Virus record (IMG/VR): IMGVR_UViG_3300020200_000088 | Coordinates: 1-34,145 of that record | Source: a virus | Taxonomy: Duplodnaviria > Caudoviricetes | Length of the DNA stretch: 34,145 nucleotides | Strand: one strand, 5' to 3' | In this document: in pieces, positions 26,809-34,145 of the stretch | How positions within the stretch are numbered: position 1 is the first letter of the stretch | Layout: the number at the start of each line of letters is the position of its first letter | Position numbers and translations under genes: made by a program | The notes under the pieces: model-generated | Databases searched by the model: none | Told to the model about the DNA's origin: nothing | Seen by the model: only the letters and a program-made list of their open reading frames with translations

Positions 26809-27720
26809 ATGAACATGAAAAAATCTGGTATTTATAAGATAACAAACAAATTCAATGGTCGTATATACATAGGCAGTACGATTGACTTTATGAAGCGGTG
26901 GGCAGCGCATCAATCTGACTTATTTCACAATCGTCATACTAATCAATATATGCAAAACGACTACAACGTTTGCAAGAAAAAATACGGGGAAGAACCACTA
27001 ACATATGAGATTCTAGAGATGGTTTCAAAAAGTGAGTTATTGATTAGAGAGCAACATTATTTAAATCTTTTTTTTGACAGTAAAGATCAATGTTATAACA
27101 TTTGCGAAAAGGCTGGTAATACGCTTGGTTATAAACCTTCAGAAAAAACAAAAGCTTTATGGATGGAGCAGAGAAGAGGTAAAGATATGTCAAAAGCAAC
27201 AAAGGCTTCTGTTGCTGCAAGAATAGGAAAACCAAGATCTGAAGAAACAAAGGAAAAAATAAGATCCGCACATCTAGGAAAAAAATTGTCAGAGATAACA
27301 AAAAACAAACTAAGAAAACCAAAAACCATAGAGCATATACAAAAGTTGATTGAAGCAAAAAGAGACATAGCTGATACAACTAAAGAAAAATTAAGACAAG
27401 CCAAATTAGGAAAAAAAGCAACAGATGCAACAAAAGAAAAAATGAGTCTTGCCAGAAATGGGGAAAAGAATCCAAATTTTGGAAAAGCTATGTCAGAAGA
27501 ACAAAAACAACTGATCAGTGAAACTAAAACAAGAAACCGTTATGGTGATAAAACTTTTATTTTTAAGTTTGATGACAAAATAATAAAAGTAAAAGCAATT
27601 GATCTTACAAGATTTATGTTGGAGAACAACTTTGAAAGAAGCGGTTTTTATAGACTTTTATCTGGAAAGTTAAAAACTTATAAAGGTTGGGGAGTAGAAG
27701 TGGAGGATACAGACTGTTGA
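26809..27720 (+). CDS. Free-standing GIY-YIG homing endonuclease with NUMOD3 repeats and C-terminal HTH-like domain
   Basis: SGIYKITN...IYIGST...RW..H, YEILE, REQ.YLN..YN; repeated SEETKEK units; KGW end. Confidence 0.92.
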   Translation: MNMKKSGIYKITNKFNGRIYIGSTIDFMKRWAAHQSDLFHNRHTNQYMQNDYNVCKKKYGEEPLTYEILEMVSKSELLIREQHYLNLFFDSKDQCYNICEKAGNTLGYKPSEKTKALWMEQRRGKDMSKATKASVAARIGKPRSEETKEKIRSAHLGKKLSEITKNKLRKPKTIEHIQKLIEAKRDIADTTKEKLRQAKLGKKATDATKEKMSLARNGEKNPNFGKAMSEEQKQLISETKTRNRYGDKTFIFKFDDKIIKVKAIDLTRFMLENNFERSGFYRLLSGKLKTYKGWGVEVEDTDC

Positions 27721-27753
27721 AAGTCCTTTGGTATCTTTGATTAACTTGTTCAT
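27712..27753 (-). pseudogene. 5' remnant of a second Flp pilin (MNKLIKDTKGLSTV)
   Basis: ATG 27753 with GAGG RBS and TACTTA at 27769-27774; aligns with the intact pilin N-terminus, then runs into the HEG antisense. Confidence 0.7.
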
Positions 27754-27790
27754 AAAAGCCTCAACTTATAAGTAAAAGGCTATTGTTGAT

Positions 27791-28075
27791 TTACTTACGA
27801 AGAAATGGTGTAGCAGACAAAGTTTTTACTGGCATAGGCATGATTTGCAAATATTCTTTGCCTTTTTCAACACTCCATCCAGATTCTGTTAAATGATTAG
27901 CTAACGCTTCTATAACCTCGAAACGACAAGATCTCACAGGAAATAAAAATGGAAACCGTGAGTTATGCACTCTTGCGTTAGCTTTTAAAAAATATTGCAA
28001 CCGTTGTAACTCGGTATCGATTTCAATTTGAATAGCACTTTGAATGCTATCAAGGTATTCTTTACCCGTCAACAT
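27791..28075 (-). CDS. Hypothetical protein
   Basis: 94-aa ORF with GAGG RBS; TATTTA at 28118-28123. Confidence 0.7.
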   Translation of the reverse strand: MLTGKEYLDSIQSAIQIEIDTELQRLQYFLKANARVHNSRFPFLFPVRSCRFEVIEALANHLTESGWSVEKGKEYLQIMPMPVKTLSATPFLRK

Positions 28076-28144
28076 GACAAAACCTCTCAGATGCAGGTTA
28101 GATGTTGCATCCTACTATAAATAGTGTTGTTTTTGCAAAACACC

Positions 28145-28402
28145 TTATTTTATAGTATTTGACGTTGGAGATGTTGTAGAAGAAGACTCTTCGTTTGTTT
28201 TTGTTTCACTCCAACGTCTTCCAAAATAAAGAGCCATAAGTGGGGTTAAAAACCCAGTGGTTATCGATACATCAAAATCTTTAACGTGAGGAATTTTAAA
28301 GACCGACAAACCAAACCAAACCAAAGAAACAATGAAAGCTGTGTATACCATTGTAAAACTTAAACTTGATTTTTCATCACTGTTTTTGAGAAGTAGTGCC
28401 AT
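28145..28402 (-). CDS. Putative holin (two TM segments, charged C-terminal tail)
   Basis: ATG 28402 with AGGAGG RBS; two hydrophobic stretches then FGRRW; adjacent to spanin-like genes. Confidence 0.5.
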   Translation of the reverse strand: MALLLKNSDEKSSLSFTMVYTAFIVSLVWFGLSVFKIPHVKDFDVSITTGFLTPLMALYFGRRWSETKTNEESSSTTSPTSNTIK

Positions 28403-28415
28403 GAGAACGATCCTC

Positions 28416-29012
28416 CTATCTGGTAAGTAGGATAATACCAGAAACACCAAACCCTAAAAGAACACCGCCCAAACCAAATCCAACATCAGTCCAAAAATTG
28501 TTACGTCGTAATGTGTCAATGGTTCTTTGTGCATCTCTCAAAGATATATCACGAGCATTTATTTGGCTTTGATATCCACCAACCATGGAACTAAAATCTA
28601 CTTGCAATCTTTCGATATCTCTTCGAGCTGTGGCGCTTAAAGTTCGTAGTCTCTCTTGTTCGTCATTTCTAACGTGAAGCGCAACAGCTGTTGCAGCAGT
28701 ACCAATATGAGCAATTGCTTGATCGTTTATACAAAGACCATTCCACGGTCCTCTAACATATGGTCTAACTGGATTTTGAGCAGACATATCGTAAATGTAG
28801 ATTTGTTCTGCCCCAGCCGAGCGAGCTTGGTCTGTATTTAACATGTTTCGAATAGTTAATGGTGTTGGTTCTGGAGAAGATCGGTAGTTGTATGGTGACA
28901 TATTAACTTGTGTTAAATCAGATATTGTTGGTTGAGAATTAACTGTAACTCCTCCAGCCTTTGTACAAGCTATCGACATTAGCAACAAACAAGAAACAAG
29001 TTTTATTTTCAT
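28416..29012 (-). CDS. Putative lipoprotein with coiled coil and C-terminal TM (spanin-like)
   Basis: MKIKLVSCLLLMSIA|C imperfect lipobox; ATGA overlap at 29009-29012; VGFGLGGVLLGFGVSGIILL tail. Confidence 0.55.
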   Translation of the reverse strand: MKIKLVSCLLLMSIACTKAGGVTVNSQPTISDLTQVNMSPYNYRSSPEPTPLTIRNMLNTDQARSAGAEQIYIYDMSAQNPVRPYVRGPWNGLCINDQAIAHIGTAATAVALHVRNDEQERLRTLSATARRDIERLQVDFSSMVGGYQSQINARDISLRDAQRTIDTLRRNNFWTDVGFGLGGVLLGFGVSGIILLTR

Positions 29013-29464
29013 TGTTCTGGTTCCCATGGTTGTCTAACATCTGAAACAGGCATCACAGGAATCCCAAACAACTCATTGATTGATTGTGCCATAACAACAG
29101 GATTGTTTTGGTATTGTCTGATTAATCTTTTGATTTCTTCTGCACGAACAAAAGTAATACGTATTGTTTCGTCTGCATGATCTTTTTTGATACGATCAAT
29201 CAAAGTTTGAAAATCAGATTCAATCTTGCGTCGTGTTGCAATTTCTGATTGTATTTGCTGGTTTAGTCTATCGATGTTTTCTATGTGCTCTATACGACTA
29301 CGTTCTCTTTTTGATGCTAGCTCATTGATCAAATCGTTTTTCTTTTTAACAAAAAAAACCAGATAAGCCAAAACAGCAAGAAATAATACTTCTTTCGAAT
29401 AAAGCTTGAAGAACGACAAAACTTTTGCTAGAAATGTTTTGATCTTAAGAAGAGTTAGTTCCAT
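29009..29464 (-). CDS. Putative i-spanin-like protein (N-terminal TM plus coiled coil)
   Basis: VLFLAVLAYLVFFV followed by a heptad-rich region. Confidence 0.5.
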   Translation of the reverse strand: MELTLLKIKTFLAKVLSFFKLYSKEVLFLAVLAYLVFFVKKKNDLINELASKRERSRIEHIENIDRLNQQIQSEIATRRKIESDFQTLIDRIKKDHADETIRITFVRAEEIKRLIRQYQNNPVVMAQSINELFGIPVMPVSDVRQPWEPEQ

Positions 29465-29811
29465 TTCTTATTACCTTTTTCTGCGACAGTGTTAGATTCT
29501 GGTTCTTCTTCGCCTTCACGGTATTCAGAAAATTTTACGTTGTTTAAAAGTTCTTCGTGAGCAAGACTCAAACACACAAAACACGCAACAACTTGCTTAA
29601 TGTCTCTTAATATAGATCGATCTAAAAGCATATCTTTTTGAATAGATATAATGCTGCGTTCTATAGTTTTAAGTCTGTCCAGCAAAACTTTGTTTTCAAA
29701 CTCTTTCAAGTTGGCAAACAGTTCGTTTATATCGATACTTTCGTTTGCAATAATTTTTGGAGAAGCTTCATCTTCTGATGACTCACTCTTTTTCTTTTTA
29801 TTGTTTGCCAC
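29455..29811 (-). CDS. Hypothetical coiled-coil protein
   Basis: 118-aa ORF in a tightly packed operon. Confidence 0.65.
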   Translation of the reverse strand: MANNKKKKSESSEDEASPKIIANESIDINELFANLKEFENKVLLDRLKTIERSIISIQKDMLLDRSILRDIKQVVACFVCLSLAHEELLNNVKFSEYREGEEEPESNTVAEKGNKKWN

Positions 29812-29815
29812 GACT

Positions 29816-30106
29816 TTATTCCTTTTTGTTTTTTAGTGGGTCATTTTCTCCTAACGCTGCATAAATCGCTTTAGGATTTGTAAACACCAATCGTCTTCTT
29901 TTGTTTGCAAACTTTTCAGTTTTTGCCGTTTCTAAAATGCTTTTGATTCTTAGGTCTTTATTTTCCATCATCACAATAATTTGTGAAAATAGCTCTTGTA
30001 AAGATACACCGTGCTCAAATAACATTTTACGACACGCAACCAAAGAAGCTTTTGGTAAGGCCAACCAAAGACCTATCCTTGCACGTTCTTCAAACTCTGT
30101 AATCAA
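29816..30106 (-). CDS. Hypothetical protein, possibly DNA-binding
   Basis: 96-aa ORF in operon, GAGG RBS. Confidence 0.65.
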   Translation of the reverse strand: MITEFEERARIGLWLALPKASLVACRKMLFEHGVSLQELFSQIIVMMENKDLRIKSILETAKTEKFANKRRRLVFTNPKAIYAALGENDPLKNKKE

Positions 30107-30109
30107 TCC

Positions 30110-30838
30110 TCAACCTCCTCCACCAGAAGGAACACCGCCTCCACTATCTGGTCCGGCATTTGCTTGGACTGGAGCAGGTGGGTATTCAGCTTGAACTTGT
30201 GTTTTAGTTTTTGGTGTTAAATCAAAATCACGTTCAAGAATGCTCATAAGCTCTTTGGCCAAACGTGGTGAATAGTTTTTAGCAATGTAATACATGGCAC
30301 GATTTAGTATGATCGTTTTGGGATCTACTAATGTTTGATAGTTGCTTACCAAACGGGCAACACCTACAGCGAACTTACGAATTTTAATCTTTGGTACAGG
30401 AGCAACGGGAGCTTCAGCACCGGGTTCTGGTGTTTCTTCTCCACCGGAATCATCACCACCAGCGTCATCTCCTCCTGCATCGTCTGGTGGAGCTGCTCCA
30501 GCGTCAGGTGCGTCTTGCTCAAACAGCCAACGATAAAGAGCTTTTTCTTTGCGACGTTCTGTCAGTGGAACAGGTTGCTCTGCTGCCTTTTGTCTTGCTT
30601 CTGGACTTAGCTTGTCTTCGTCAGCACCATCCAAAGGAACAGCTTCCTTTTCATATTGCATCAGATATGCATCAACTTTTTGATCAACTGATGCATCTTT
30701 TTCTGTCATTGAATCAGAAACATTTGGAGTTGACAACAAACGTTCTTGTGGAGGAATGTATGGTGGTCCTTTGCTTTCTTCGTCTTGTTCACGAACAAGT
30801 TTGAACTCATTTAATCTTTGACGTTTTTGATAAAGCAT
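30110..30838 (-). CDS. Hypothetical acidic protein with low-complexity D/G/P/A linker after LFEQ
   Basis: 242-aa ORF; LNE, VRE, LTE, LFE motifs. Confidence 0.72.
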   Translation of the reverse strand: MLYQKRQRLNEFKLVREQDEESKGPPYIPPQERLLSTPNVSDSMTEKDASVDQKVDAYLMQYEKEAVPLDGADEDKLSPEARQKAAEQPVPLTERRKEKALYRWLFEQDAPDAGAAPPDDAGGDDAGGDDSGGEETPEPGAEAPVAPVPKIKIRKFAVGVARLVSNYQTLVDPKTIILNRAMYYIAKNYSPRLAKELMSILERDFDLTPKTKTQVQAEYPPAPVQANAGPDSGGGVPSGGGG

Positions 30839-31683
30839 CAGCGTGCTCCTAAAACTTCTACTGGTGGCATCACTTCTGGAAGAGCAACCGTTTTTTCTTT
30901 TTCATTTGATATAACTGGTTGAATAGCATACAACTGATTGAGCTTTGCCATTTCTGCTGCAAGCATCCTTATTTCAACAACGTTCCAGTTAATCTCACGC
31001 ATTGACTTGTTAAGATATTCCATCTTCTCGCCGGGATAATCATAAAACCATGCATGATGCCATGTGTCTATTATCAGCACAGGAATACACATCAATGGTA
31101 AATTAACTGTATGACCTTCTATAAAACAGTTAAAATATTGTTGTTTGAATGGATCGTAATAACAGATTGCCCAACCTTCTCTTGCAGACATACCACATGC
31201 ACGAAAGTCTAGCTGCCATTGATCGAAAGTACCCCAATCACGGCTTAGTCTCATGAACGGAATAGAGTCAGCACGAATCTCACTGTTCATATCTCCAGAG
31301 TTAGTAAAATACAACTCATGAAGCTTTACACCGTTCATGTTATGAACTTCGTCTTGCTTTAGTCTACGATATTCACTATCGTTATTGTTGTCTGCATCCG
31401 TTCTTGGAACTGTATCAAGCTTGCTGGAGATTTTGTTGAAGCTATCAACGTATCTCTTATAAAGCTTTTCATGGTTTTCTTTTGTGGTAGGAGACTGTAC
31501 GTCGCCTTTCATAACAAAAGCTCTGGGCATAATGATAACAGCTTCTTTCAAAAGCTTTTTACCAGCAGCAACAGCTTGTTTGATAACAGGCTTTTCTAAT
31601 ACACCGCTGTTACCCAAAACATTACCAACAGCTTCTTGAATAACTTTTTGCAAACGTTCTTTGTCTAATATTTTTGTGGTCAT
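30838..31683 (-). CDS. sod: Fe/Mn superoxide dismutase family protein with N-terminal extension
   Basis: HEKLYKRYV, NGVKLHELYF, DTWHHAWFYDY keep the H/H/D/H metal ligands; INWNVV. Confidence 0.85.
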   Translation of the reverse strand: MTTKILDKERLQKVIQEAVGNVLGNSGVLEKPVIKQAVAAGKKLLKEAVIIMPRAFVMKGDVQSPTTKENHEKLYKRYVDSFNKISSKLDTVPRTDADNNNDSEYRRLKQDEVHNMNGVKLHELYFTNSGDMNSEIRADSIPFMRLSRDWGTFDQWQLDFRACGMSAREGWAICYYDPFKQQYFNCFIEGHTVNLPLMCIPVLIIDTWHHAWFYDYPGEKMEYLNKSMREINWNVVEIRMLAAEMAKLNQLYAIQPVISNEKEKTVALPEVMPPVEVLGAR

Positions 31684-31714
31684 ATCAATATACCTTTATT
31701 CATAAGTATAGAAC

Positions 31715-31939
31715 TTATGTCGTTATCTTGCTTTCCATTCTATCTTCTTGTGGAAACGTTGAATCCCAATCGTCTTCTGGACTATCAACATCTAAATCCA
31801 TTGTGTCAACTATATTCAGAAAACCATTGTCTTGTGCAGCAACACTCGTTCTGGAAACTCTTCTTGGGTCATCTCCCAGTGTTGGAATAGCACTTTGAGC
31901 ACTTGGCCCTGTTTCAAAGAGTAATTTATATAGCTTCAT
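31715..31939 (-). CDS. Small acidic protein (MKLYKLLFET...)
   Basis: ATG 31939 lies 5 nt after TACTTA; the LFE leader argues for this start over 31993. Confidence 0.6.
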   Translation of the reverse strand: MKLYKLLFETGPSAQSAIPTLGDDPRRVSRTSVAAQDNGFLNIVDTMDLDVDSPEDDWDSTFPQEDRMESKITT

Positions 31940-32050
31940 AACATTAAGTATCTCTTCCTTTCTTCTCTTGGTTATCTTCCACAAAGCAAACATAATCTTT
32001 TACTTTTCTTTATTGCTTTGTTATTTTCTTATAGAAAGGTTGAAAGATAT

Positions 32051-33160
32051 ATGCCTGTTGATGTAGTGTTGGGGCTATCCTGGGGGGATGAAGGTAAAGG
32101 TAAAGTAGTAGACTATCTTGCCAAGGATTATGATTATGTTGTACGATTTCATGGAGGTAACAACGCTGGACACACACTAGTTGTGAATGGGCATCGTACT
32201 GCTGTTCATGCTCTTCCATCTGGGGTTCTTCATCCACATGTTGTCAACGTTATTGGAAATGGTTGTGTTGTTGATCCTTTGCAACTTGTACAAGAAATCG
32301 AAGAACATGGAGGACCAACGGCACTAAAAGGTCGTTTGTTTGTTTCTCACGCTGCACACTTAATCACTCCAAGAGCGATTAAAGAAGATCAAGAAACCGG
32401 ATATATTGTAGGAACTACTGGCAGAGGTATTGGCCCTACCTATGCTGCTAAAATGCATCGCTCAGGTCTTCGCATGGAAGATATTCTAAAAGGCGATATT
32501 GAAACTTGTGACACGTTTCGTGAAGTCTGTGGGATTATTAGTCCATTTATTTGTGATACCCAAGACTTGCTTCGCACTGCTCAGGCAAGCGGCGCTAATA
32601 TTCTGCTAGAAGGCGCACAAGGCACAATGCTGGACATTGATCATGGAACATATCCATTTGTTACAAGTTCAAACTGTACGATTGGTGCAGCACTGACAGG
32701 AACAGGTTTAAACCATAAAGCTTTGCGTAAAGTGATTGGCGTGGTGAAAGCTTACAGTACAAGAGTAGGAGCAGGGCCATTTCCAACAGAGCAAAACAAT
32801 GATGTTGGGAACAAACTAAGAATAATTGGTGGTGAATATGGAACAACCACAGGAAGAAACCGTCGTTGTGGATGGCTGGATCTTGTTGAGCTTCGTTACG
32901 CTTGTAAGCTTAACGGTGTAGATGATATCGTAATCACCAAGCTTGATGTTTTGGATAACTTCGAAAAAATTCCAATGCGTGTTACCAATCTAGACTATTA
33001 CAGCAATATTGGCTGGAATGCTACCACAAAAGGTTTGCGTGACAAAGCCAAGCTTCCAGAAAACGCTTTGAAATACATTGACGGAATCGCAAAGAATCTT
33101 AAAGTAAACGTTTCTCACATTTCAACATCACCAGAACGAGAGGATATGATTGTTCTATGA
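32051..33160 (+). CDS. purA: Adenylosuccinate synthetase
   Basis: GDEGKGK, GGNNAGHT, GTTGRGIGP, EGAQG, DIDHGTYPFVTSS, TTGRNRRCGWLD; start MPVDVV at 32051. Confidence 0.96.
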   Translation: MPVDVVLGLSWGDEGKGKVVDYLAKDYDYVVRFHGGNNAGHTLVVNGHRTAVHALPSGVLHPHVVNVIGNGCVVDPLQLVQEIEEHGGPTALKGRLFVSHAAHLITPRAIKEDQETGYIVGTTGRGIGPTYAAKMHRSGLRMEDILKGDIETCDTFREVCGIISPFICDTQDLLRTAQASGANILLEGAQGTMLDIDHGTYPFVTSSNCTIGAALTGTGLNHKALRKVIGVVKAYSTRVGAGPFPTEQNNDVGNKLRIIGGEYGTTTGRNRRCGWLDLVELRYACKLNGVDDIVITKLDVLDNFEKIPMRVTNLDYYSNIGWNATTKGLRDKAKLPENALKYIDGIAKNLKVNVSHISTSPEREDMIVL

Positions 33161-33417
33161 AAATACAAGTGCAAGCACATTATTGGCATAAGATTGTAGA
33201 GTATTACACAAACATTTTGAACGACAAGTTTTATGGCCAACTTTATACACCAACAACGCAACACTTTATGCGTCAAACATTTGATTATGAAATCAGAAAA
33301 GCACAAACAAGGGAAACTCACCCTGCTTGGCACGTTCCCCTGCAACTTCATTTCGAGCCTTTGTCAAATCGATTCTTTATCGAAGCCGCAGATCCAGCCA
33401 CAATCCAAATAACATAA
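33157..33417 (+). CDS. Hypothetical protein
   Basis: 86-aa ORF with ATGA overlap to purA. Confidence 0.7.
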   Translation: MKIQVQAHYWHKIVEYYTNILNDKFYGQLYTPTTQHFMRQTFDYEIRKAQTRETHPAWHVPLQLHFEPLSNRFFIEAADPATIQIT

Positions 33418-33432
33418 AGAATCGTATAGCAT

Positions 33433-33663
33433 ATGTCTGTAAAAGCTTCGATCGATCGTGCCAAATTAATTCTTGACATATACCGTACTCACAACAGCAA
33501 CAATGGCAACAGTTTTTCTCATGTCAGAGATTTAATGATTGATTTATTGCATTACATCGACAACACCGATCAAGGCGCTGCATCATATCAACTACTCGAA
33601 ATCGTTAGCGAAATCTTTTCAGAAGAAAAAGTCGAACACTTCGACTTTCACGAAAACCCCTAA
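33433..33663 (+). CDS. Hypothetical protein
   Basis: 76-aa ORF, co-oriented with neighbours. Confidence 0.65.
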   Translation: MSVKASIDRAKLILDIYRTHNSNNGNSFSHVRDLMIDLLHYIDNTDQGAASYQLLEIVSEIFSEEKVEHFDFHENP

Positions 33664-33698
33664 AAATCAAGCCTTTTGAATGAAAATCAGAATATTCC

Positions 33699-33727
33699 TT
33701 AGAATATCTGCTATGTTTGGTATTCTT
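33699..33727 (+). promoter_or_regulatory. Sigma70-like promoter CTTAGA-N17-TATTCT with extended -10
   Basis: Mirrors the site upstream of 6908; both are followed by NNNAGCA. Confidence 0.55.
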
Positions 33728-33741
33728 AGAGCACGAAGACG

Positions 33742-34145
33742 ATGAACAAAGAAACTCTCAAGCAAATTCTTGTTCTGCACCTTCTCTATCTTTCCTCGAA
33801 AGGAAAAGAAGGAAAATATGCAAACCTCGAAGGTGCAAACCTCCAAGATGCAAACCTCAAAAATGCGGTCCTCGGTGGTGCAAACCTCTATGGTGCAAAC
33901 CTCTATGGTGCAAACCTCGGTGGTGCAAACCTCTATGGTGCAAACCTCTATGGTGCAGACCTCGAAGGTGCAGACCTCGAAAATGCAGACCTCAAAGGTG
34001 CATCCCTCTACAGGGCAAACCTCACAGGTGCAGACCTCATAAGTGCAAACCTCGAAAATGCAAACCTCTCAGGTGCAAACCTCAAAGGTGCATACCTCTA
34101 CAGGGCAAACCTCACAGGTGCAAACCTCGAAAATGCAAACCTCGA
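33742..34145 (+). CDS. Pentapeptide-repeat protein, 3'-partial
   Basis: Not in ORF track in this frame. [13 protein letters not shown]...[15 protein letters not shown]...A(D/N)Lxx repeats to the window end. Confidence 0.92.
   Translation, partial: MNKETLKQILVLHLLYLSSKGKEGKYANLEGANLQDANLKNAVLGGANLYGANLYGANLGGANLYGANLYGADLEGADLENADLKGASLYRANLTGADLISANLENANLSGANLKGAYLYRANLTGANLENANL

Noticed and set aside
26744-27753. Group I intron in the pilin gene
   Set aside because: The HEG is antisense and fills almost the whole interval, leaving no room for a ribozyme core; the downstream pilin has its own start
32051-33160. PurZ (2-aminoadenine DNA pathway)
   Set aside because: The catalytic loop is GDEGKGK with Asp, the PurA signature; PurZ has Ser at this position
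33820-34145. 15-bp periodic repeats as CRISPR or DGR; ORF 33770-34042 (VQTSM repeats)
   Set aside because: No unique spacers or reverse transcriptase; periodicity is explained by the pentapeptide-repeat protein from 33742, and the listed ORF is its off-frame shadow
1-34145. tRNA, rRNA or CRISPR arrays
   Set aside because: Intergenic gaps are short and none showed a cloverleaf or repeat-spacer pattern by eye; tRNAscan-SE or Infernal would be needed to exclude them fully

Overview
AT-rich, gene-dense segment (standard code 11) that looks like part of a large/jumbo tailed-phage genome. No capsid or terminase gene is in the window, so this assignment is inferred from gene content. The window holds host-like auxiliary genes (ClpP, DHFR, DnaJ, degenerate GroEL, Hc1-like protein, YkgJ- and YkuK-family proteins, Fe/Mn SOD, PurA) and a Prim-Pol. 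It also has a cluster of Ser/Gly/Thr-rich virion fibre-like genes, a PIN-PhoH gene split by a class-3 LAGLIDADG intein, two free-standing GIY-YIG homing endonucleases (HEGs), two peptidoglycan hydrolases, holin/spanin-like genes and a partial pentapeptide-repeat gene. Highlights absent from the ORF track: (1) an intact Flp/Tad pilin gene (26576-26743) beside a second pilin copy apparently broken by an antisense HEG; (2) a 40-bp duplication of the phoH 3' end fused to a HEG, followed by a 10-codon relic of an older HEG; (3) a recurring TA(C/T/G)TTA late-promoter-like motif, twice placed in hairpin loops that hide a ribosome-binding site; (4) a shared (I/L)-x-E leader on many proteins, including SOD and a putative nuclease, suggesting capsid-packaged cargo. 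All family assignments come from motif recognition by eye; no searches were run.
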